This document shows, in pieces, positions 52,455 through 64,000 of a stretch of DNA of 64,000 nucleotides (within the stretch, counting starts at the first letter, position 1; every line of letters starts with the position of its first letter). The translations under genes were made by a program, and so were the position numbers. The stretch is from Macrostomum lignano (taxonomy: Eukaryota): assembly GCA_002269645.1 (NCBI GenBank), contig NIVC01003563.1, forward strand, positions 1-64,000, written 5' to 3'. The notes under the pieces are model-generated. The model was not told where the DNA came from, ran no database searches, and saw nothing but the letters and a program-made list of their open reading frames with translations.

Positions 52455-52823
52455 GGTGGGCACTCATTTTGGCGCCACAGGCACTCATGGCGCCACAGGC
52501 ACTCATTTTGGCGCCACAGGCACTCATAGCGCCGCAGGCACTCATTGCGCCGCAGACAGGCACTCATTTTTGCGCCGCAGTCAGTCACTCATTTTGGCGC
52601 CGCAGTCAGTCACTCATTTAGCGCCGTGGTCAGTTACTCATTTTGGCGCTGCAGACAGGCACTCACTTTGGCGCCCTAAAGCAAAATTATTGATTTCCAT
52701 AACGGGTCACAAGGTGCCAGAGCTGTTGGGCGAAGGACAAAGTATTGGAGTGTCCCCCCATAGCTTTTACTAGGGGAAACCACATGTCCCCCTGCCCATC
52801 CCTGGTGGCATTCGACGCCCCTG
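52455..52823 (-). mobile_element. Second one-ended copy of the 31472 MITE family, with a ~21-bp array
   Basis: The reverse complement starts CAGGGGCGTCG...GGGGACATGT...AGTAAAAGCTATGGG...CCAATACTTTGTCC. Array unit CCTGTGGCGCCAAAATGAGTG corresponds to CCCGCGGCGCTAAAATGGTG. Confidence 0.7.
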
Positions 52824-52929
52824 TAGCTCTCTTCTCCCCTCTCATTTTCTTTCCTCTCTCCTTTCATATTCTCTCATCTTTCTCTCCCTGTCATCTATCA
52901 ACTGATCTCTCATCTCTCCCCTAGAGAGT

Positions 52930-53510
52930 CCTTTCACTCTGCCCCCTTCTCCCTTCAATCTGCCCCCTTCTCCCTTCACTCTGCCCCCTTCTCCCTTCAC
53001 TCTGCCCCTTCTCCCTTCACTCTGCCCCCTTCTCCCTTCAATCTGCCCCCTTCTCCCTTCACTCTGCCCCTTCTCCCTTCAATCTGCCCCCTTCTCCCTT
53101 CACTCTGCCCCCTTCTCCCTTCACTCTGCCCCCTTCTCCCTTCAATCTGCCCCCTTCTCCCTTCAATCTGCCCCCTTCTCCCTTCAATCTGCCCCCTTCT
53201 CCCTTCAATCTGCCCCCTTCTCTCTTCACTCTGCCCCCTTCTCCCTTCACTCTGCCCCCTTCTCCCTTCAATCTGCCCCTTTCTCCCTTCACTCTACCCC
53301 TTTCTCCCTTCAATCTGCCCCCTTTCTCCCTTCACTCTACCCCCTTCTCCCTTCACTCTACCCCTTCTCCCTTCACTCTACCCCTTCTTCCTTCACTCTA
53401 CCCCTTCTCCCTTCACTCTGCCCCCTTCTCCCTTCACTCTACCCCCTTCTCCCTTCACTCTACCCCCTTCTCCCTTCACTCTACCCCCTTCTCCCTTCAC
53501 TCTGCCCCTT
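52930..53510. repeat. 20-bp polypyrimidine minisatellite (TTCTCCCTTCACTCTGCCCC)n
   Basis: Direct reading. Confidence 0.95.
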
Positions 53511-54096
53511 GCATTCATTCCATCCACTAGTTAGCGATGAAGTCTTTCAGCCAGGACTATACTTACATATAATAATTATGGCAGGTATATTCAATATAAA
53601 ACACTAGGCACTACTACTAGTTTCTTAAGTAGTATAAATTATTGTAATATCTTTTTAAAAAGGAACTCTTTTTAAAAAGGAACTTTCTCCCTTCACTCTG
53701 CCCTCTGTCAGTTTCTCACTCTTCACTCTGTCAGTTTTTATTGACTGCTTTTGATTTTCCTTTCTAGCAGTTGTGATAATTGGTCACTCGATACGGTGCG
53801 GGGGATGCCAGATAAGGTTGCAAGTGCAGGGGTGCATGGTTTACATGTAGCCACATTGTAGTACTTACTTGTTATGGATGTCTGTCTAACTATCCATTGT
53901 GTGAAAATTGCAGCATTTTGTGAATTTAATTCATTAGTAATAGTGGCTTTGTATTGATTGGTGCGTTAGAACCATTCACTTGGATTTAGTTTCTGTTCAA
54001 TGGAGCTCTGTGTTCGTCTCGCTAAACGAGTTTCTTTAATAAAGCAGGGATTTTTTAAAATGATTTCTATGGACACAACCTACTAATGATCCGCTG

Positions 54097-54263
54097 TGTC
54101 AGATGGACTTCAAGCATGAGTGTCAGATGGACTTCAAGAATGAGTGTCAGATGGACTTCAAGCATGACTGTCAGATGGACTTCAAGCATGAGTGTCAGAT
54201 GGACTTCAAGCATGAGTGTCAGATGGACTTCAAGCATGAGTGTCAGATGGACTTCAAGCATGA
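54097..54263. repeat. 24-bp tandem repeat, 7 copies (TGTCAGATGGACTTCAAGCATGAG)
   Basis: Direct reading. Confidence 0.95.
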
Positions 54264-55267
54264 CCCACGTAACCAAGAATCTCGCCAAAGGCTTGCGTCC
54301 CCATCGCGTGGCAATATTAGGCGATATCTCGCCTGGCGATATCTAAGCAATATCTAAGCGATATCGATCGGCGATAAATCAATACGATAAGAAATTGCCT
54401 CTTAAGTCCTATTATATGTCTAAAAGGCACTAAAACAAAGTTCAAACCTATATTGGCCCATCTTGCGCGCATTCTCGTGAAATCGCCGAAACCTCGAGTT
54501 TCGATGCCTTGGCGATAATTGCACCATCGCCGAGCGATGGAACAACGTTTGGAATTCGATCCATGCCTAATTCACATGTTTTTAGCCCACTTGACGCATA
54601 AATTTGCAATTTAAGATCCCTTTGTGAATGGTGGGTTGAAAGTGAGTGACACTCTTCAGTTTTAGCATTATTTTTTAGTCTATCGTACCGTACATTATAA
54701 ACAAGTTCGTGCATCGCAGCGCGATATTTTAGCGATTGGCCTGGCACTGTTTTCAAGTTAATTTTGAAACTTTGATTCAAATAAGATGTATATCAAGGTA
54801 AATTTGTAGTTTTAATATATGGAAGTAAAATATATGTTTGTTAGTTGTCTTGTCCTGCTTTGTGTATCTGACTGCAAAATTCATTCATTACTTTGATAAA
54901 ATACGCAATAAATGTATGCTCTTTTAAAAATGACGCTGCACACGACTTAGCTAGCGCAGTTATATAATAAGTAAGACAGATTATCATCTCATGTTCCTTT
55001 AACATATTTTATACATGTCTTACGCTCAAGATTTTTTGTGAAACAAAAAACTGTGGTAAATAGTGGTAGATAGTAAGAGTACTCCAGTGGTCAGAGTTTT
55101 ATTTTGCCAAACTGTGTTTTTGGCACTTCATTTTTAGAGATTTTTCTCTTGCTCATCCAGATGCCAATTTTGCATTTCGAAGTGTTGGTAGACGCATACT
55201 TTTAATTACATTTTTAGAATTCAAATGCATTTTGGCTCTTTTAGAGAAATTATAACTAGTACTGAAC

Positions 55268-56357
55268 TGAATTATAACTATTACTGAATTTACTGGACTT
55301 AGGCCCTTAATCCAGACTTAGGCCCTAAGTCCAGTAAATTCAGTAATAGTGTCGTAGGCCTTTTGGCTCTCTATAAGAATTTCACCGTTATGCCACCAAG
55401 TTGTCGTAGATGTTTCACCTCCTACTTTATCAATTTTACTCTCACCGCTGATACCAAAGTTGTACTAGGTGTGTTTCCTGTGCACTGAGAATCCTACTAG
55501 ATGCCACCAAAGTTGTAACAGGGGTGATTCTTTCTTCTTAATAATAATTTCACACTGTCACCAAAAGCTATCACAGGGCTAATTTACTAATCTCTTAAGT
55601 TGGTAGCTGCCACCAGGATTATCCTATTAATAAATTGTGAGTTTATCAATCTTAGAATAATCCGAGAAATGTTTCTTAGAATAGGTCTGGGTATTTAGTC
55701 TGAGTATTTAGTCTGAGTATTTAGTCTGAGTATTTAGTCTGAGTATTTAGTCTGAGTATTAGTCTTAGAAAAAACTGTTAGCCCTGAGATTTAACTCTTC
55801 TAATTATTCTGGTAGCGTTCTATTATTCTGGTAGCGTTCTACTTAATAATGGCCTGAGCGGTATTTTGGCTTACTGGTATATGTATTTCATGTACTTTGC
55901 AAGTCCTTGGGCGTTACCGAGATCAGAGGGTCACAGCCTCCGGTTATTCTTACACTTATTACTTCAGATCTACTTCGCAACTTCTTACTACTCAACACTT
56001 TCCTTCTCAGTAGTATATACGGTACACACTTCCGTCTACTTCACTCTTTCTTAAAAAAAGAATTAACACGGAAAACACTTCTTCAATTCTTATTTTCTCG
56101 GAACTCTTCTATTTGCTATCAATTGCTTATTGCGAACCGCGATGCGCGAGGTTGCTTCTCCCTCCGCCAAATTTGCCTGTATTTATAGTAAAATTCTATT
56201 AGATTTTTAACAAAAATTAATTCGCGTAAAATATTATCAAAAATACGAGTAGTAAAACAAAATGCGTCGTAGTTATTTGGCGTGAATTTAAAATGTAATA
56301 ACCGATAGCTTTTTTAGAAAGAAATCGGGAGGGGCCCTTTACAATAGTTATAATTCA
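55268..56357. repeat. Palindromic element with perfect 36-bp arms, interrupted by LTR copy D
   Basis: TGAATTATAACTATTACTGAATTTACTGGACTTAGG (55268-55303) pairs with 55324-55349 plus 56348-56357 once LTR D and one ATAG are removed. Confidence 0.82.
55350..56343 (-). mobile_element. Solo LTR (copy D), 994 bp
   Basis: Minus-strand start TGTAAAGGGCCCCTCCCG, end GGCCTACGACA; 4-bp TSD ATAG at 55346-55349 and 56344-56347; TATAAATACA at 56178-56187; internal 13-bp repeat at about 55690-55765. Confidence 0.82.
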
Positions 56358-56802
56358 TAATTATAATTATGCTGTTATAATTAATAATTATAGAATTTGA
56401 AATTCATTGCTGAATTAAAATTATAAATTTATTGAAATAATGATTCACAGTGACTGCTAAGCCTAGTAGTTTTAACCTTAATACCTAGGTTAAGGTTAGC
56501 CTAGGTTAGGCCTAAGGTTAATGTAAATCTCTCTGCACATGATTTTGCTGTCAGAATTTTGCAAAAAGTGAGTTTATTGCAACCCTAAGTTAATTATATT
56601 ATAACAGCACTGATGTCATCAGTGCCAACTGCCAATATAGTTGATTAGGGCCTAACTTAAATTTCCTTCATTGTTTATTTCATTTCAACATGATCTTTGC
56701 AATTGATTAGGTTTTCATTTGGAAAATTCTAAATATTTAGCTAAGTTAGCTACAGCCTATATTCAACAAGTAAAAGATAGCTTTTGTGGACTTCATAAAG
56801 AT

Positions 56803-57359
56803 CCATAGTGTGGATCATGCTAAGTGCACGCGAGAAATGACCTAAACTCCTAAAGCTGATTCCCAAAAGCACGCCGACGACAAGCGAATGCACGCCGATA
56901 CACGCCAATGCACGCGCTACTAGGACAAATTCCACGCCCATTAGGACAACAATAAATTCAAATTCAAATTTAAGACAAAAAATGTATGTTGAATTTCATT
57001 GTGTAAAACAAAGCAACAAACGATGTACAAAAGAAATGATATATCTTTAAAAACGTATATTTCTCATACATTAATTTATTAACAGTCTTATACATTGTTT
57101 ATTTACAATTGATAGTTTTTTTCAAAAGTTAAATACAATAATACGTATTTTATGTCTGCTTACCATTGCATTGGTAGCTTTGCCACATCAGGTGCCAGGC
57201 ACGCGGCACACGGCGCACGCCAGGCACGCCAGTGTATTTATGTAGTGTGCATTATGCAAGCCAAATGCACGCCACTTACCTAATTGCACGCCGGTGCACG
57301 CCACTTTTGAAAATGCACGCGGGAAAATTCTCGCATGCACTATATGATTTACACTATGG
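56803..57359. mobile_element. 557-bp MITE, CpG-rich, 8-bp TSD
   Basis: Imperfect ~35-bp TIR CCATAGTGT.../...ACACTATGG; TSD ATAAAGAT at 56795-56802 and 57360-57367; GCACGC subterminal motifs. Confidence 0.85.
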
Positions 57360-58863
57360 ATAAAGATCAAATATTTTACTTGCTAATGTCCAAATCTTAA
57401 TAAACTGTTTATGTCAAATGTCAATATTATTAATGTAAGATATTTAGTAGATTTTGGAGAATTTTTGACAAGTGGAAATTTTTTATACCTAGCTATTGAT
57501 AGTAATATTGATTTTCTTGAATAAAAAGTAAAGTGATGGGCCTTTCCAACCAAAACCCACATTCCCCATGGTCCTAGCTAGGGTCAAGATCATGTACTGC
57601 TATATGCCAAGACAAGAATTGTTTCTGTAGCTCATGCATGCCAATGTACACCAACAAACTTTTTATTGCATACAAAAATATGCCAAAAAAATTACAAATT
57701 ATAACTAATACTAAAAGCTTGCAAAATTTAAATATTCAAACAACTTATATGTTATAACTGAAAATCCTTTTACTAAACTGTAGAGAACTAGTTTATTTTA
57801 ACTATTTTTGTTTTATTTTTACTTTCTTGGAAAAGTTAAACCCAGTTTATTTATTTATTTTTCCATTTTTTTCATAAAAGGCCCACTATTTCTGATCAAA
57901 ATTTAGCTACTGTAACTATGTACATGGAGACTATGCCAAATACAAACTTAATCATTTTTGTATGCTAATTATCTAGATTTATTGTTGGGACTCGGAACTT
58001 TTGGTCCCAGCTACTGGTCTCAGCAGTCTCTATATGCTAAGCTGTACACTAAGAGGGCATGCCAGGCCCCTTTGTATGCCAAGTTGTATGCTAATGTGTA
58101 ATCTAGGTCCCTCTATATGCCAGAAAATTCCGGCATACATGTATACTATCTGGAGTCTGGGGTCCTAGGTATTAAGGTTAACTTATTTTAGACTTTGAGT
58201 TTTACTTCCTGAATGCTAATTAGAAACTTATTTTATAGAATATAATAGCCTAGCAATTGATCTTGAAATTGAATAAAAAAGCAAGTCTGTATTAAAGATC
58301 AGTTACAATGTAGGTAGCTAATAGTTTATACTATATATAGCTATATAGTTATTGTCATTTTCCTTATCTATAATTTTTGACTTAGCCATTTCCTATGCCA
58401 TGGTTTTTAATATTTAGGTTAGCTACCCTCCTAGGGCTAAGCTTAGTCATTTCAAAACTAAGTTTGACTAGATCTCAATTTGCAATAAATTTTATAGTAG
58501 CTATTGATCTTAAATAGAAAAGTGGGCTTCTATTAAAGACAAGTACTATATTAATACTATATATTACACTTCTACCTATCTAAACACCCTGTTCCCTATA
58601 TAGGTTATAGCTATGGTCCTTAGAATTGATATTAGGATTATCCTAGTTATTTTTTGTAGTAAAAATAGATGCATTATATTTGAACTCTCCATATCAAAAG
58701 ACCTCTATCTAGACTAGTTACAAATTCATGAACCAATATAAAATGGAACTATTTATTTTATATGGAACTATAATATATTATATAGATCAGTTTAACAAAA
58801 AAATGTATTTTAGAACTGCTATCCAACCTACTAATATTGATCCTTTCCTACATTTCCAAGACA

Positions 58864-60828
58864 ATGGACAATAAACAAAGTGCACGTAGTGTTCGTCGAG
58901 CTGCACACAAGAGATTTGCTAGTATGCTTGATGAAATAGCTGCCCTGCCAAGTGATTCTCTGCATGGTGAAGAAGAAGCAGATAATGCCCAAGGATCTGC
59001 CAATGAAGAAGCTGCTTATACTTTATCTGCTGAGGGAGAGGCTGGGCAAGAGCACAATTTGCAACTTGAGGAGGAGTGGGCCATTGAGGATGAATTTGCA
59101 CCAGAGGAGACAGATGATGATAGTGAAGCTGAGATGGATGGACAAACAATTGAACAAAGTTTAGCTGAATGGGCACTCAAATTTAGGGTCTCAGCTGCAG
59201 CACTAGATAGTCTGCTTCACCTACTACATAGGGCCTTTCCACAACTACCACTATCTGCACGTACTTTGTTGCAAACACCAAGGAAAACTGCAACAGCTCC
59301 ACTTTCGTCTGGGGAGTTTGTATACCTGGGAATTCGAAGTAACTTGCCTAAAGACACTCAGCTTGAAGCTCCCCTCAAGCTATCAATTGGCATTGATGGC
59401 CTGCCTATCTTCAAAAGCAAAAATGAAGGCTTCTGGCCTATTCTTGGTTCATTTCCACAATCATGTCCATTTGTGATTGCTTTGTTTTTTGGAGTCAACA
59501 AACCAGAAGTTTGTGGATTTCTGAAGGATTTGGTGGCTGAACTTCAAGATCTCAAGGACCAAGTAGTTCTAGAGAAAGTCATTGCAGACCGTCCAGCAAG
59601 GGCATTGATCAAGTGCATCAAGGGCCATAGTGGTTACTCATCCTGTGACAAATGTACCATTCATGGGGAGTACCATCAGCAGGTAGTGTTTGATGAGCTC
59701 AATTGCCCATCAAGGACTGATGCCTCCTTTCGAGAGAAGCATGACCCAAATCACCACATAGGGGACCACCCAAGCCCCTTTGAAGAACTGCCAATAGACA
59801 TGGTGCATGCATTCCCCTATGACTATATGCACTTAGTTCTGCTTGGAGTCATGCGCCGGCTCTTCCTCTACTGGATTCAGGGACCACTGGCTACTCGATT
59901 TGGCCATCGGCTAGTAGACTGTCTTTCCGAGAATCTATGCAGCCTTCGAAACTATTTTCCAACAGAGTTTGCAAGGAAGCCACGGTCTTTAAGCTGCTTG
60001 AAGTTCTGGAAGGCAACTGAATTTCGCTCATTTTTGCTGTACAGTGGTGTTACTGTAATGAACAATACTAGGGGAATAAGCCGAAGGATCCTCAAGAACT
60101 TTCTACTGTTGCATTCTGCTATTTTTATTTTATGTGATCCCCTTTCCAATGTAGTTTTAATACAGTATGCCAGTCAGCTCCTTAATCATTTCATCAGTGA
60201 TTGTAAGACCACTTATGGATCTCATATGTTGGTCTATAATGTACATTCATTGTCCCACTTGGCAAATGATTGCTTACGGTATGGCTGTCTTGACAATTTT
60301 AGTGCATTTACTTTCGAGAATTTTATGCAGACACTAAAAAAGTGTGTTCGAGGCAGTCGCCTTCCGCTTATTCAATGTGTTAATAGAATTCGGGAACTTG
60401 CCGTATATGAAGCAAGGGTTGAGGCTCTTTGCACTGAGGCAGTAGTCTTTAAGTTTCTTTTGGCAGATGCCCACCTGCCCATAGGAGTGAGTAGGTTCTC
60501 CTGCTGCATTATAAATGGTATTCGCTTTTCCTCAAACATCAATGACTGTCACTTTTTTGACCGTGAATACTGCTGCTACCAGATTTGCCACTTTCTTACT
60601 TCTGGAAGCTCCTATGAAGTTGTTTGCAAGCGCTATAAGAAGTACTCCAGTGCATATGATTACCCATTTGATTCCCGTAAGATACATGTCTATTGTGTTT
60701 CTGGACTCTCATCTAAGTTGCTCACTGTTCCCCTCTCCAGAATGTTTAGGAAGGCATGCATTTTGCCCTACCAGCAGACTTTCTTGAAACAGTATGCTTA
60801 CCCACTGTTTGCCACTCTCTGGAAGTGA
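58864..60828 (+). CDS. CMC (EnSpm/CACTA-Mirage-like) DDE transposase, intact ORF, 654 aa
   Basis: IGIDGLP (D), VIADRPARA (D), GHSGYSSCDKC, YDYMHLVLLGV, WKATEFRSFLLY, YNVHSLSHL and FTFENF (E). Branch-like CTACTAAT and acceptor ttccAAG three nt before ATG 58864. Confidence 0.88.
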   Translation: MDNKQSARSVRRAAHKRFASMLDEIAALPSDSLHGEEEADNAQGSANEEAAYTLSAEGEAGQEHNLQLEEEWAIEDEFAPEETDDDSEAEMDGQTIEQSLAEWALKFRVSAAALDSLLHLLHRAFPQLPLSARTLLQTPRKTATAPLSSGEFVYLGIRSNLPKDTQLEAPLKLSIGIDGLPIFKSKNEGFWPILGSFPQSCPFVIALFFGVNKPEVCGFLKDLVAELQDLKDQVVLEKVIADRPARALIKCIKGHSGYSSCDKCTIHGEYHQQVVFDELNCPSRTDASFREKHDPNHHIGDHPSPFEELPIDMVHAFPYDYMHLVLLGVMRRLFLYWIQGPLATRFGHRLVDCLSENLCSLRNYFPTEFARKPRSLSCLKFWKATEFRSFLLYSGVTVMNNTRGISRRILKNFLLLHSAIFILCDPLSNVVLIQYASQLLNHFISDCKTTYGSHMLVYNVHSLSHLANDCLRYGCLDNFSAFTFENFMQTLKKCVRGSRLPLIQCVNRIRELAVYEARVEALCTEAVVFKFLLADAHLPIGVSRFSCCIINGIRFSSNINDCHFFDREYCCYQICHFLTSGSSYEVVCKRYKKYSSAYDYPFDSRKIHVYCVSGLSSKLLTVPLSRMFRKACILPYQQTFLKQYAYPLFATLWK

Positions 60829-60869
60829 TCTCTGATTATTAACAGGTGACGTTTCTATCCTTCAGTGCC

Positions 60870-63566
60870 ATGGTAATTTGTCACAGCAGTTTTTGGTGCT
60901 TGGTGTTGACACAGTTTTTAATTTTTGCTTGGTTGTTGGTGCAGTATTTAATTGGTGTTAGACACTTTAATCCAATGACATACGAGGGTTGTCCAGCAAA
61001 ATATAGGACTGTGCTCATTGCTCATTTCTATTCATGTGTATCATGAAAATTCATTTCATACTATAAAGAGCAACTATCAATTAGTCTATGGCTAAAGCCT
61101 AAAATAAAGTATTAAAATATTTAATTTAATTTATTTTAAATAGAATATATTAAAATATATGGCACCTGTCCTATATTTCACTGGACACCCCTCATAAGTT
61201 TGTGTAATGATAAATTGTCAACAGATCCAATTTCAACCATAAGCATTGTAGCAACCAAATAAATTGGTAAACTTTTGCATTACGGAAATTTTACACAGTT
61301 TTACTCAATTTTACTCAGTAGATACAATTTATGGCCATGAAATGTATTTCATACTCATAATGTATTGTCTCATACATGTTTACATGTCAAATGTAAAGTA
61401 AGTTATTTTTTTCTCCAATTCCCTCAACTATTCTATATGCTTTAACAATGCTTCTATATTGTTAAAGAGCTTTTGATTGTTGCTTTGATTTTCCAACATT
61501 AAGTTTGCTCATATTGTATGAGTTGAATAAGAAGAGGCAAAGCTTAAGATTTTAGCGTCGTGTGGAACAAAAATGCTAGTTTTACTGGTTTAATAAAATT
61601 TGTTCACATCTTTATTTATGCGAGCAATTATATCTTTTCCTTCAGCTGTTCTACATTCTTGACTTTGGGGGGCAGTTTGTCGAGTATGCTCCCGAAGCAT
61701 GGATGATCGGCCTAAGAACATGCCAATGGCCTCGAGTGAGCAACGAACGACTGAAGGTACTCCGAAGCAAAGGTTCCATTCCGGAGACTGACTGGGAGAC
61801 CCACTCCTGTACTATCCTGTCGAAGTGTGGTAAATACTTTAAGTTCTAGACTTCCTTTGAATTACTTATTCGGTGACTAATTGAACTGCATACTTCTGAT
61901 TATAGTAGCCTATATATATGTTAGATTGTTTACTAGAATATAGTAAAACTTTCAAAGATAGCAGCATGGCATCGCTAGAATGCAGGCTATACATGAAGGT
62001 AGATCATAAAATTTCAGGATACTTTTGTGATGGATTATATGATAGATGTGCGCAACATTGCCTCTAATTGGTTTGTTTTACATGTGGATGTGCAATTTGA
62101 TTTTTCCCTTCAGACAATGAAGTTACGGCGCGTAGACGATGCAAGAAAGCCGAGGCTGGCCAGGACGAACTTACTACGGATGCCGAACAACCTCGTCGTC
62201 GATCACAGACTTCGCGTTTCGTCGAGGAGGTGCCACCAGAGAGCCGGCGGCGCCGGTTATCCTCTGACTCGGCCGATTCGGGGACTGCGACAACCAAGCG
62301 TAAGCGCTCCTCATCAAAGCGCTCCCAACCGACGCCTTCGGTCAGATCGGACTCGGAGTCGGGTTCTGAGTCGGGTTCGGAGACAGCCATGCCTCCTCCG
62401 TTTCCAGGCCAACCGGCGACTCATCCCCAGTCGAACGGCTCTACAGGCTGCGGTACTCCTACTCCGGCCGACTGCCATGTTCTAACAACGGAGCAGTCCC
62501 GCGAGAGTTCTACAGGAGGAGCAATGGCTGCTAGTATTACCACACCTTCCAGGCCTTCGAAGGCTGCTTCGACGCCCGCTGTCGCCTCCATGATCATGAC
62601 GCCTCGGCACACACTAGACTCTGCACAGAGTTCTGCGAACATGGGCCTGTCACGTAAGTCAAAAGCTTAGCTTTCAAGTGTATCGTGACTCAGGGAAAAG
62701 CTATAGTATAAAAAAATTATGCACAATTTGTATCGGTCATCCTGAATTTGTTGTAGGTTTTGAGGTCAAAGTCCTACGGGAGCTGGCGTCCATCCGTGAG
62801 ACTGTCGAAGTCATCACAAGAAAGCTGTCGGTCATTTCGAATGGACTACACCAACAGGACCTACCGGACATTCCCCACTGCCTGCCAGTCAAGTCGATGG
62901 AGCAAATGGACAGTCTGCTCGAGTGGCTTGGGGACAAGAAGCATGAGAAACTAATGGTAAGAAAAATTGTTCAATGCTCATATACCTGCTGTATATAAAA
63001 GTTATACTAACTTTTAGTCCTGAAGTATAGAACCGAATCTTTAGGTTACTCAACTTTTATTTTCTAGGCAGTTACTGCATGGTCAGTAAAAATCGTTTAA
63101 GTCTTCTTGGGTACACAGAAAAGGCCTTGTTTTTAATTTGAGTGCCAAGTTTTATTTATTCAGGTTTACAAATTCTGTAGGCGTATTTTAGTACAGTAAT
63201 TTTTCTGTGCAGTGCACAACATAAATTGTTTTGAAGAGTTAACCCAAACAAGTGCTCAAAATTTTCTGTCATTCACAAATTTGCCCATTCTAGGCACAAA
63301 AACTGGCCCACGTGGGTGGTAAGGATGCGAGGGAGCTCATTAGAAGAATGCTTCGTAATGTCGTGGCAGCCGAGGTGCTACTACAATTTAACTTCACTGG
63401 TGTTGGTCCGAAGAAGGCATTCAAGAATACAACTCTCCACAGGGTAGTTGTCAGGGCTGCTCGTCTGGGCAACACCATGTTTACGGACAAGGAGATTGAT
63501 GATTCAATCGCCCACAGTCTGATGCATGCGGGTGATATTCTGCGCAAGCATGATAAGTCGAAGTAA
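60870..63566 (+). CDS. Second (accessory) gene of the CMC element, DUF4806-like, 399 aa; exons 60870-60872, 61646-61829, 62114-62653, 62757-62956 and 63294-63566
   Basis: All junctions are GT-AG with matching phases (0,1,1,0), giving MLFYILDF...APEAW...CQWP...ARRRCKKAE...low-complexity middle...LPVKSMEQMDSLLEWL...GGKDARELIRRMLRNVV...FNFTGVGPKKAF. The DUF4806 assignment is from motif memory. Confidence 0.72.
60983..61194. mobile_element. Tc1/mariner-type MITE in intron 1 of the accessory gene
   Basis: TA|CGAGGGTTGTCCAGCAAAATATAGGAC ... GTCCTATATTTCACTGGACACCCCTCA|TA; TA target duplication. Confidence 0.85.
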
Positions 63567-64000
63567 CTGGAATTTTACCTTGTTACATTTAATTTTTCCA
63601 TTGTGAAGTAACCAATATTCACTGTCGAATTGCTTGTTAAAGAAGTCGGAAATACTTATTAATATTTAATATTTGGTTATTTAGTCATCTGGGTTTTTTG
63701 CCTTAGACTTAGTCATGTAATGACATGACCGTCATTCTATTAGCATGACCAAATTGAGACGGGTTCATGCCAGCCTGGTATTATCAAGAAATTTTATTGT
63801 TATGAGTGTCATTTTGACTTGGCTTAGGGTTTAAAGAGCAACAATTGATAAAGTTCCGAATTTCGAGTCATTTAAAGATTCTGGGAGTCTGACAAGAATG
63901 CATTATACTTGTCAAACTTGTCAAACGTATGTTTTATCTTATTGCCAACCAGCCCAGCATTTGTCTTCAATATTTGTCAAATGAAAGTCTTTAGTGCTCA

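Overview
Repeat-rich eukaryotic (metazoan) genomic DNA with spliceosomal introns; there are no prokaryotic features. The dense ~20-bp minisatellites and splice acceptors just before start codons resemble the flatworm Macrostomum, but that is inference only. Host genes: (1) a GVIN1-type very large inducible GTPase interrupted by three single-base frameshifts; (2) a three-member EGF + uromodulin-type D8C / VWDE-like surface-protein cluster: a 972-aa gene on +, a 531-aa gene on -, and a pseudogene fragment, with patchy near-identical blocks between the two intact genes; (3) ESS2/DGCR14; (4) an SRSF4/5/6-family SR protein. Mobile DNA: an internally deleted Crypton (tyrosine-recombinase/DUF3504) element, a CMC/EnSpm-like element with an intact DDE transposase and a spliced DUF4806-like second gene whose ATG sits on a 7-nt exon, a decayed RTE LINE, four solo-LTR-like elements sharing TATAAATACA (two nested with 4-bp TSDs), and several MITEs that carry expanded minisatellites. 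Sharply bounded CpG-depleted domains alternate with CpG-rich sequence. All domain assignments come from motif recognition by eye, and all counts are hand counts; no searches were run.
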